Assembly (NCBI RefSeq): GCF_000281045.1
Contig: NW_008246073.1
Span: 822,213 to 864,198, forward strand
Direction: 5' to 3'
DNA from: Saprolegnia diclina VS20
Taxonomy: Eukaryota
DNA length: 41,986 nt
The position numbers were made by a program, and so were the translations under genes. Position 1 is the stretch's first letter, and every line of letters starts with the position of its first letter. Below the pieces are notes generated by a model. The model saw only the letters and a program-made list of their open reading frames with translations. It did no database searches and was not told the origin of the DNA. Positions 20,277 through 30,175 of this stretch are shown here, in pieces.

Positions 20277-22921
20277 GTCAACACCCGATGAGCCACCTCT
20301 TGACGGTCGTCTCCAAGCCCGCCAAGACGACGGACCTCCCCGGGCTCATTTGGTACACGCTCAAGCACCGTCTGAGCCTCGTCAAGGAGCTTTACAGCTC
20401 TGCCTCGGGTGCCAAGGGCAAGCGTGTCGCGCGTCGCGCGTCCGCGCGAGACGAAGCACCGCAAGGCCCCGCTGTGTTTGACGCGCTCTTGACGCTGGTG
20501 GACTCGCTGACGCCGACGGCGCGCGCCGAGGTGTACCGTCTACTTCTTGACCGGCGCTGCCTCGTGCCGTTTCTCGTGCCGTCGAGCGACTTTGGCTTTC
20601 GGTCGGAAGCGAGCGCATTGAGCCTCGNNNNNNNNNNNNNNNNNNNNNNNNNNNNNNNNNNNNNNNNNNNNNNNNNNNNNNNNNNNNNNNNNNNNNNNNN
20701 NNNNNNNNNNNNNNNNNNNNNNNNNNNNNNNNNNNNNNNNNNNNNNNNNNNNNNNNNNNNNNNNNNNNNNNNNNNNNNNNNNNNNNNNNNNNNNNNNNNN
20801 NNNNNNNNNNNNNNNNNNNNNNNNNNNNNNNNNNNNNNNNNNNNNNNGCCGAGCTCGGCTGGGGCTTTGTCGAAGAGAACACCGTGTACACTACGGTCAT
20901 GGTGCTGCACGTCATTGGCGACTACACGCTCTTGGAGTCGTTCATTGCGCAGTTTGCCGACGTGTTGGTGATCGACACGGGGGCTGCGCCAGCGCGGACG
21001 ACGCTGCCCCAAGGCACGGTGTTGCACTGGCGCCTCGCAGAAGACGACGAAGACGACCAAGTTCTCGGCGACGATGGCAAGGTTCTGACAGTGGGGCTCG
21101 CGAGTCCCATGAGCTCTTCGTACGAGCGCATCACCGCGTACATCCTCGAGGACGACGAGGCCGAGACGCCACCGACGCGATGTACCGTCGACAATCTGCC
21201 GCTGCCATACGACGTAAAGTCGGACGCTCGCCTACCGCAACACACTGAGAACATTTTGGCGGCGACGGACTTTGCGACGCTCCGCACGGACGTTCTGCAG
21301 CTCCAGCAGCGCTTTGCGTACGAGTCGGCGCTGCGCATCGAACTCCAGCGCGAGACAAACCCGCCTAGCCAAGAAGTGCTGCGGCAGAAGATCCAGAGAA
21401 GCGAAGCCGAGCACAAAAAGCTCGTTCGCAACGTCGCTCGTGCTCCGTTGCTCGTCTACTTTCAGCGGATTCTTGAGCATCCGTCAGCGGCAGTGCGCGA
21501 GATGCTTGTCATTGACCTTGAACGTCGGCTCGCCGAGTGCTGCAACGCCGTGGCTGCGACGGCGCAGGCAGAGTGTGGCCAAGCCTTTGCCGCCTGCAGC
21601 GAAGTCGACAACGAGGCGACGCGCTCGGCGTATGCGTCGGCTCTCGTAAAGTGGAGCAACATGGTCACGGGCCTCGAGCATCTCTGGCGCGAGCTCTCGC
21701 ACATCTATACGGCTAACCAAGAAGCGTACGCGATATTACCGCAGCTCGCCGTGCAGCATCTTCTCGACGGCTTCCCGCTCGAGCTCATGGACGGCGACGC
21801 CGGCATGGTCAACGACAAGTGGATCCGCGCCGTGTTGCGCTCTCTGGACGATACGCTGCCGACAGGCGCTCGCGTCTTTGTGCTCTCGGTCATGGGCGTC
21901 CAGTCCTCGGGCAAGTCGACGCTGCTCAACTCGATGTTCGGTGTTCGCCTTCGGACGAGCGTTGCGCGGTGCACGCGCGGTGTGAACCTCCAGCTGCTCG
22001 CTTGCAACAACTGCGACGACTACGACTACGTCTTGCTCCTCGACACCGAAGGCATCCAGTCGCCCGAGTACGTTGGTGTGGAAGGCACGGTCTGGCGCGA
22101 CAACCGCATGGCCTCCGTGGCCATCTTGCCGGCGGACGCGACCATCATCTTGACGAAAGGCGAAGCGACCAACACGATCAACGACGTGCTGCCGATCGTG
22201 CTCTCGGTGTTTGCCAACTCGGAGCTGGCGGCGGCTTCGGGCGGTCATCTTATGTCCAAGCTCTACTTTGCGTTCAACCAGATTGACGTGTCGCAGACGA
22301 GCAACATGGCGTCGAGTCTCCGGGCGCTCCTCGACAGCCTTCGCAGCAGCGCCAAGCAGATTGCGGCCGTGCGGCAGACCGAGACGGCCACTTTTTTGCG
22401 CGACTTTCGCGCCGACATGAACGACGAGGCAGGCAGCGACGTCCGATTCCTCGGCATGACGCAAGGCCAAACGACGCCGCCAAACGACGTGCCGCTGCCC
22501 GACTTTGGCGAGCGCCTCGTTCGGTTCCGTGACCACATGCACGCCCGCGCCATTGAAAGCCAGTGGCAGGCACGCACGATTTCCGAGCTCAGCGAGAGCT
22601 TGGACCTTGTATGGACGTGTCTCCAAAGCGCCAATTTTGAGCTCGACTTTGCGTCGGCACACGAGCGCGTCGTGTACGATCGGCTTGTGCAGATGATGAC
22701 AGAGCACACGCAAGAGCTCGCCAAGATCTACAGCGACGCCTTTGACAATGTGCTGCAGACGATGAGCGCCGACAGCGCGGCTGAAAAGACGCTCGACGCG
22801 AGCAACCGTCGCAAGTACGAGACGCTTTTGGAGCACCACGTGGAGTCGCACGTGGCGACGCTCGAGGCAGTCGTCGCGACGTCGCTGAACCAAGATGCGT
22901 TTGCCAAGTGGGCGACGACAA
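20277..22921 (+). repeat. Right arm of the ~2.6-kb near-identical inverted repeat (core of copy C)
   Basis: Matches the reverse complement of 12018-14633; the 29-bp length difference equals the gap-size discrepancy (220 vs 191). Confidence 0.9.
20628..20847. other. Assembly gap (220 N)
   Basis: N run. Its flanks map to copy B 14283 and 14091, implying a true size of 191 bp, which would preserve the reading frame. Confidence 0.97.
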
Positions 22922-24772
22922 TGCAAGACATGTGGACGGACAAGAAGCAGCGCCAAGCGGCGCACTCGGCGCGCCTTGTCCAGTCCAAGGTCCAACACCT
23001 CTTTGAGTACGACGCCATCACCAAGGTGTACAAGGAAAAAATCCAAGCAAAAATCGTCGACCACAACACAAGTTTTGGCCCCGAAGCGACGATGCAGGCG
23101 TTCGACGCCATCTTCAACGAAATCCTAAGCGACGCTCGCCTACAGAACCCCGCGTTTGCGCCTCAAGTCCCCAAGCTCGTGCACGCTGTCATTCACAACA
23201 ACCATGTCTTTACGCCGGACGAGCTCGCGCGGCTGAGCAGTGACGACACCGATGGCTGGTCGCCGGCCAAGCTGGTAGGCAAGGCCGCGCGAACATTCTC
23301 GAACGTGGTGCTGTCGCGAAACACGACTTCGCGGGACACGGAGCTGACGGACGCTGTCTGTGACCTTGTGGGCAGTCTCCTCGCCGATGTCGAACGCTAC
23401 TCGGACGACGTAGCGCTAACGTGTGCGCGCGACGTGCAGCGTCTTTTGGCGTCCAAGCAGCTAACGCCGTCCCAGCACAAGGCTGGTCTCCGCGCGCTCA
23501 CGTCGATGCTCACAAGCGAGCTGCAGTTGCGCCAACGGCGCTGGGACGAGGCCAACAGCGTCGTCGCCAAGTTTGCGGCGTGTAAAGCAAGCATGCTGCT
23601 CTTCGCGCAGAACGTGTGCGATGGCCAAAAGGCGGCGCAGCTGCTCTCGACGACGCTGAACGAGTGGCTGGGTCTCAACTTGACCAAGACGTTTGAAGAA
23701 GAGGTCGTGAGCGTGGTGGCATCGTCGCTCAAGCACGCTCGATGGGTGCGCGCCGCCGACGCGATGCAAGCTGCCTTGGACACCGATCTGCTTCAGTACT
23801 TGCGCAAGAAGAAGATGCGCAAGGTGCTGAGCCTCATCGACGAACCGACCGCGCACGCTGCAGATGTGACGAGCGCCCTTGTGCGCAAAGAGGTCCAAAA
23901 GTGCTACGTGCACGTCAGCAAGAAGCTTGTGCGGGACATTGAGGAAAGTATCGCGGCAGCCGCCGACGCGGCAACTCACGCCACCTCGGAGCGCACCAAG
24001 TGCTTTGTACATGCGCTGCGTTTGTCGCTCCAGAGTCGCCTCAAGTGCAGCGGCACCAGCGCGCTCATCGAGAGTCTGCCTGCCGTCGCGGGCAATGTCA
24101 TGAACTGCGACGACCAAGGGCCTTCGGCATTTGCTCTCACGACGGACCAGGATGCAATCAGTGTGCCGCTCGATCTCCTTCGGCGCATTGGTGCGATGGC
24201 CTCACAGCTGCGGCCGTCGTCGGAGTGGAGCTCGACGATGACCAAGGCTGTCGTTGGAGTCATTCAAAACGAAGCGTATGGGGCCGTGGACGGCATCATG
24301 CCACGCTGTGGGGCACCGTGCCCGCGCTGCCACTGTCCGTGCACCAAAGCACTGGGACATACCTCGACGAAAGACAACGCGCTTCACAACACGTACCATC
24401 AGCCCGAGGGTCTCGTCGGTGTTTGGGACGTTGATACGCGCGAACTTTTGGCAGCGAGTTGTGCGACGTGCGTGGTCGACAACTGCACCATGGTGTTTAC
24501 GAGCGGCAACCGACCGTACACGGAGTTTGAGACCGTGTACCCAGGGTGGGCCTTGCCGCGCGTGACCAAGTTTCTGCCGCTGCGCGAATACGTCTTTGCG
24601 CAATGCCAATCCGAGCTCTCGCAAATGTTCAACAAGCTCCCGTGCACCTCGATGCCCATCTCGTATGCGCACAACCTCGACGACATTGACGAGCAGCTCA
24701 AACGGCTTCTCCGTTAACTACCCAAGACAAGAGCTGCGTACTGCATACCATAACACAGTGTATACCTTGTTA

Positions 24773-26780
24773 TCACGAAACACTGCTGTTGCTTGTCAAC
24801 ATGACTTCGTCGGCGGAGCAGTTGGAGCGAAAGCGGCTCGTCCTGGATCGTAAAGAGGCCACCGCCGTTTGAAGGTGCTTGGTCGCCTTGAGGCCTTGGG
24901 CGAGGAGTCTACAGCTGCAACTGCGCACCTCGGACGGTGCTGTCAAGCTTCTTGCAGGCGACTCGATGTGACCAGTCTCGACAAATGGCGCGTGACTGCA
25001 GTCTCGAAACAGTACAAGCTCGACGCGTGGTGCAGGAACCCCGCGTCCATGAGCGATGTCCCGAGGCGAATGGCTTCGGAGGCGTCGCGTCCCCACTCCA
25101 TGTTGAGCATGCACGCAACAACCTTCTATCACGTGGTCGTTGCCTCGCCCTTGGAGAAACATCGCAGCGCGCGAGAGGTCGAGCGCGACGGGTCCAAGCG
25201 CCTCGACATGAATTGCCTCGAGGACGTCGACGATTGTAGCGGCCGTGGGGCGAAGCTCGGGCTCGGCGCGCCACGCGGCGTCCAGAAACTGTGCGAACCG
25301 TGGGTGGACGTCGGTGCGCACCGTGGGACGGTCGCCGAGCAGCACCCGGTCGAGCACGCGCAAGTGGTTGTCGTGCAAGCCCGGGTATCGCTCGATTCCG
25401 CGGTGCAGAATGTCCCACATGGTGATGCCGAGGCTGAACACGTCGACCGCTTCCGTGTACGTGGCAAAGCCGCTCTTGCCGTTGATGACTTCGGGCGCCA
25501 TGTAGTCGACCGTGCCCTGCACCGTCATGCGGCGGGCACCACCTGGAGGCTCCATGGCACCGGCGCGGGACGCCCCAAAGTTGGCGAGGTTGACCATGCC
25601 GTTGGCGTCCACGAGTAAATATCCGGCTTGATATCGCGGTGCAGAAAATGCGGTGAGAACGAGTGGAGGTAGGCCACCGCGCGGGCCGTGTCCAAGAGAA
25701 GACAAAGGTCCAACCCACTTTGCTGTAGCGGCGCGGCCGGCAGTGCCAAGTAGTCGGCGACGCTCCCGCGGCAAAGCTCAAAGACGAGGCAAATCGTCGG
25801 AGGGCACACGCACATACCATGAAACGAGATAATGTTGGGATGCGCGAGCGCGGCCTCGGTGGAGAAGCCCGCCAAAATCTCGTCGGTGCGTAGACCTTGA
25901 TGGCGACGTCGAGCTTGGTGCGGAGCTTGCCGCGGTACACGACAGCGCTGACGCCGGCACCAATGCGTCCCTGGATCGCGAGCTGTGCAAAGTCAATGAT
26001 GTGTTTCCGGTGCATCTCGACAAGCACTTGGAGGCGTGGGCAGACGTGATTTCTAGAATCCAAAGGCTGTGGTGCTGGAGGAGCGCGCGCTGACCAAGTC
26101 CACGCCAGTGCTCCGTGTCGGCGCGCAGAAGTGCCCACGCAAAGAGCGGGGCGAGCGTATCGAGGTGCGGCGACAATGACGAGCGTCGTCGCCACCTCAA
26201 CGTACCGGTTCATATTCGCATACAATAGTCCTTCGTACGTGTACTCGAGCAGCTGGACCACGAGCCGGTAGGCGCAAAAGGCGCGGAGACTGCGCGCCGA
26301 CGCCCGCGACCGCGGATACGGCAACATGCACACGTCCGCGATCGAGATGCCCCACGCAAAACCATTGGCAACGCACACACGACGGGGTCGCCGGCGCCAC
26401 CGAGCAGCGCAATGGCGACAGGAAGCAGCGACAGCGTCAAGGCGATCGCGATCGCGCGTGCGAGGGCTTGGACCGTCACGCTGCGCTGGTAAAAGTACGG
26501 AGGAGCAACACAAAGATAAACTGGCGACCGGCAAAGACAACCGCCGCGTGCATGCGAGAGGTCGAAAGCAAGGTCGAGCACCACCGTGGCCCAGAGACTG
26601 CCGGCGTAGAGGCTCAAAGCGAGGCACAGCGTCCAGAGAAGCGGCTCGAACGTCGGCAAGATGACCTTGCGCGACGCATGGATGTCGCCAGCGTACGCGC
26701 TAGCCGCAAGTAAACAAGGAGGCCGCCCGACAGCAGCAGCATGAGTGTATACGACACGGCGGCTTGGAGCTGGAGGTTCT
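24773..26780 (-). pseudogene. Degenerate 7TM-TKL kinase (GPCR-TKL type) paralog
   Basis: Homologous blocks are scattered over several frames: SRKVILPTFEPLLW; EMHRKHIIDFAQL..GRIGAGVSAVVYRG..VAIKVY; HRDIKP followed by a frameshift at ~25620; NFG in place of DFG; GTVDYMAPE; CSCRLLAQG. The 5' boundary is approximate. Confidence 0.82.
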
Positions 26781-27129
26781 AGAAGGCACGTCAGATGTCC
26801 TCGTCCACCGTCGCTGCGGTCTCGTTTATCTCGTATCGGGTGTCGTCCAGGTAGAAATATCACAATGATCATGCCATGTTCGTGGAGCGAGCGATCGCTG
26901 CCCGCCGCTATGCCAACCTCGTAATGCGTGGGACAGCCGACTTGACAGATACCCAAGAAACTTCAACTTTGGCTAGAAGCTCGCAACGTTCTCCGACTAT
27001 GCATCGTACTCGAACTCTCGCCGCTCCTGGCTCTCCACGCCACTGTGCGACTATGAATGCGAGAAAATGACACAGAAAAAGACATGTTAATTCGGTTTTG
27101 TACAGAAATACGCGAGAAAATGTGTGTTG

Positions 27130-29505
27130 CTAAGCAGTCAAGACGGCGCCTGCGTTCCGATTTGGCTCGGATAAAATGGTTTCCGTGGTCGCAAAGCCCG
27201 TAAACTCGTCCGGTGCCATGTCGTTGAGGAGGTTCACCGTGAGGAGGTTGGTGGCGTCGAGCACCTTCTTGTTGCGTCGAAAGAGCTTGTGTTTCGGGGC
27301 CTTTGGCTTGGCTTCGAAGCCCTGCGCGAGCTTCTTGCAGCCGCAGTTGCCGTTGTGCAAGAGCCGCTCGGACGACGCTTCGTGCGGCTCGGAGCTCGAC
27401 GCTTGCGACACGTAAATGACGGGCACGCTCTCGTCGTTGGACGACTTGGTCTCGCGCTGGTCGCGCGGCAACGGCTGCACGAGGTCGATTTGCGCCTCGT
27501 CGAAAAAGTAGCTTGCGACCGAGTTCTCAAACGCCTTGGTGTGCGTCACGTGGTGCAGGCACCCGGCGTCGATGAGCGCGTTCCCGACGCGGACCGCCTC
27601 CTCGTCTTCGTACGCGTACCCGTGCTCGCGGAGGCAGCGCACGACCTCCTCGCCCGTGAACGTCATGTTGGGCTTGCCGCGGCGCGACTTGCTCAGCGGC
27701 GTGTACTGCACGAGGCGCGACAGCACGTGGGCCACCGTGCCGCAGAGCTCCTCTTGGAACGCCTCCAGAAGGCTCACCACCGCACTCGCGGTCGGACGAA
27801 ACTCGGGGTCCGAGCACCACGCGCTCTCGAGGAGGTCGCGAAACACCGGGTGGAGCTCCGGGTCGAGCGGTGGGCGCTGGCCGTCTAGCACGGTCTTGAA
27901 GACGTGCATGTGGCTTGAACTGCTTGCATATTTTTCACGCCCGGGGTGCAAGATGTCCCAGAACGTGACCGCGAGGCTGTAGATGTCGACCATCTCGCTG
28001 TAGCTGGCCTCGCCTTGCCGGCCGTCGATAATCTCGGGCGCCATGTAGTCGGCGGTCCCCCGCATCGTCATCAAGCGCACGCTCGGCGTCGCGACGTCGT
28101 CGACCTTGACCGCCATCGAACGCGACTCGCCAAAGTCGGTGAGCTTGACGCGGTTGGTCGCATCCATGAGAAAATTCGCGGGTTTGATGTCGCGATGAAT
28201 GAACGGCGGCGAGAACGAGTGCAGGTAGGCCACCGCGCGGGACGCGTCGAGCATGTAGCAGAGCTGCAAGAGGAGCGGCTCGGTGTAGTCGTGCTTGGCG
28301 AAGTGAAGCTTGTCGTCGAGCGACCCGCGGCAGAGCTCCGAGACGAGGCAGATCGTCGGCGGCAGCACACACATGCCGTAGAACGTCACGACATTCGGGT
28401 GCGTGAGCGCCGAGCAGAGCGCGGCCTCTTGGGAAAAGTCGACGATCGTCGCCTCAGTGATCTCCGTCGGCGAGTAGACCTTGATCGCGACCGGAATCTT
28501 GGAGTGGAGGAGCCCGCGGTAGACGTCGGCGGACGCGCCGAGCCCGATCTTGCGCGTGAGCTCGAGGTGGGCAAAGTCAATGATGTCGCGCTGGTGCATC
28601 TCGAGTAAAATGTGCAGACCTTGCGCCGACACGATCTCCTGCATGCACTGGTTTTGCCGAAAGAGCGCTTGGAGGTCGCACGCGCGCTCGCCGAGGCCGC
28701 GCCAATGCTGCGTGTCGGCGCGGAGCACGCGGTAGATAAAGAACGGAGCGGTGGACGCCCACGTGATCGTGAAGAAGACAAGAACGATCCCCGCGGTGGT
28801 CAAGTTGACGTAGAAGAGCTCTGCGTAAATCAAGACGAGCACATAATAGCCGATGAGAAAGCCGCAAAATTCGCGCAGCGCGCGCTGGTTGGCGCGGCCG
28901 AGCGGATAAAAGCAGAGCCCAATCAAAAAGGCAATGATGCTGACCCGATACACGATCGTGACGACGTGGGCCGTGAGCGGGGCGGCGTCGATGACGTTGA
29001 AGACAATCGTGGTCGTGAGCGGAATCGCGCAGAGCACAAACGAAATCGCCATCGAGCGCGTGAGCGCGGGCCGCGACACCGACCGCTGAAAGAGGAACGT
29101 AATGACCAAAAACACGATAAACTGCCGGCCTTCGTACAAAAGTTCGGTAAAAATCGAGTTGAAAATCGGCTTGGAGTAGTCGGCGATCGACGCAGCGATA
29201 AAGTAGAGCGTGTACGACCCAGTGACGGCGCACATGACCCAAATGAGCGGCTCGAAGGACGGCAGAAGGATTTTGCGCGCGGCGTCCGAGTCGCCGAGGT
29301 ACGCGGTCGCGCGGTGCCGCCGAAGGTACACGACACACGCGACCGACAAGAGGAACATGGTGCCATACCCAACCGTATACAAAATCTGAAGTACTTTGAA
29401 CTGGTCGAGAATCTTTTCCCGCGCTGCCTCCGCCGCCGCCAACGCCGCCGGGGACATGGTGGGCGCAGCTTGCACACGTCGCAGGATCTGCTCCACGACT
29501 GGCAT
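27130..29505 (-). CDS. 7TM + tyrosine-kinase-like kinase + DEP domain protein (oomycete GPCR-TKL type), 791 aa
   Basis: About seven hydrophobic helices, then GLGASADVYRG, AIK, HRDIKPAN, DFG and APE; DEP-like FTGEEVVRCL..EAVRVGNALIDAGCLHHV..FENSVASYFF. Confidence 0.92.
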   Translation of the reverse strand: MPVVEQILRRVQAAPTMSPAALAAAEAAREKILDQFKVLQILYTVGYGTMFLLSVACVVYLRRHRATAYLGDSDAARKILLPSFEPLIWVMCAVTGSYTLYFIAASIADYSKPIFNSIFTELLYEGRQFIVFLVITFLFQRSVSRPALTRSMAISFVLCAIPLTTTIVFNVIDAAPLTAHVVTIVYRVSIIAFLIGLCFYPLGRANQRALREFCGFLIGYYVLVLIYAELFYVNLTTAGIVLVFFTITWASTAPFFIYRVLRADTQHWRGLGERACDLQALFRQNQCMQEIVSAQGLHILLEMHQRDIIDFAHLELTRKIGLGASADVYRGLLHSKIPVAIKVYSPTEITEATIVDFSQEAALCSALTHPNVVTFYGMCVLPPTICLVSELCRGSLDDKLHFAKHDYTEPLLLQLCYMLDASRAVAYLHSFSPPFIHRDIKPANFLMDATNRVKLTDFGESRSMAVKVDDVATPSVRLMTMRGTADYMAPEIIDGRQGEASYSEMVDIYSLAVTFWDILHPGREKYASSSSHMHVFKTVLDGQRPPLDPELHPVFRDLLESAWCSDPEFRPTASAVVSLLEAFQEELCGTVAHVLSRLVQYTPLSKSRRGKPNMTFTGEEVVRCLREHGYAYEDEEAVRVGNALIDAGCLHHVTHTKAFENSVASYFFDEAQIDLVQPLPRDQRETKSSNDESVPVIYVSQASSSEPHEASSERLLHNGNCGCKKLAQGFEAKPKAPKHKLFRRNKKVLDATNLLTVNLLNDMAPDEFTGFATTETILSEPNRNAGAVLTA

Positions 29506-30175
29506 GGCAAAAGGTAAAGTGATCAGCGACGGAAGCGATCGGTAGCTTGTTGCTTTGCATTCGGGCCAGTCACGGGCTCAGTACGTGCACTGGTGCTATT
29601 ATACTCAGTATCGGATTTCTCCGGTTGAACTGAGCCGTTCCGTTCTTCGATAAATGCTAGTCGACGAAGAACCGGAGAAGCAAGTCGGCCGCCAAGGTCT
29701 CGCGTGGCGCCAACACCATGGTCGACAACGCAGGCAAATAAATAAGATCTGCACTGAGACTCGTATGGTCAAGGAGCTGGCGTGGGTCGAGTCGCCGCAA
29801 AATGCGTTGGGTCCAGTACCACGGTAGGTTCCAAATAGATGGGTACGCATACGACTAGTACTACATCGACAGGCGTTATCACCGCGCACCCAGTTCGTTG
29901 TCGTACTGTGCGTTGGTGAGGTGGCGCAGTGGTCAGCAGCCCGAACGATTGCTGCCGACCGACGTCTCGTCCGTCAGCCCCCGCGTGTGCCCACGTTGTC
30001 TCTCGAAATCGCGGGCCTGACCTCACATGGCGAGTAATGCAGATGGCTACTTGTTGTAGCTGCGAGGCACCCAAGGTGCACCGATACTGTTTCAACAGGA
30101 TATAGGAACAAGTTGGGTTTGCTAGCCCGTTATTCTATACTTTATCTGCCGTGCTGCAAGTGCTCGGAGGTGCGA

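Larger units (their letters stand above)
18312..24717 (+). pseudogene. GVIN/VLIG-type GTPase with a MACPF-like N-terminus (copy C); two frameshifts in the 5' part, intact 3' part
   Basis: Colinear with copy B over its full length. There is a 2-nt deletion at 18459/18460 (CTCG--CAGTGG vs CTCGTGCAATGG) and a 1-nt insertion at 19906/19907 (GACGGTCCGC). YGSHVFCGVFHVGG at 18988; P-loop at 21895-21918; the frame is open from 20848 to 24717. The frameshifts could be sequencing errors. Confidence 0.8.

Noticed and set aside
20628..20884. Apparent third frameshift in copy C across the N run
   Set aside because: The homologous segment in copy B is 191 bp rather than 220 bp; substituting it restores the frame.
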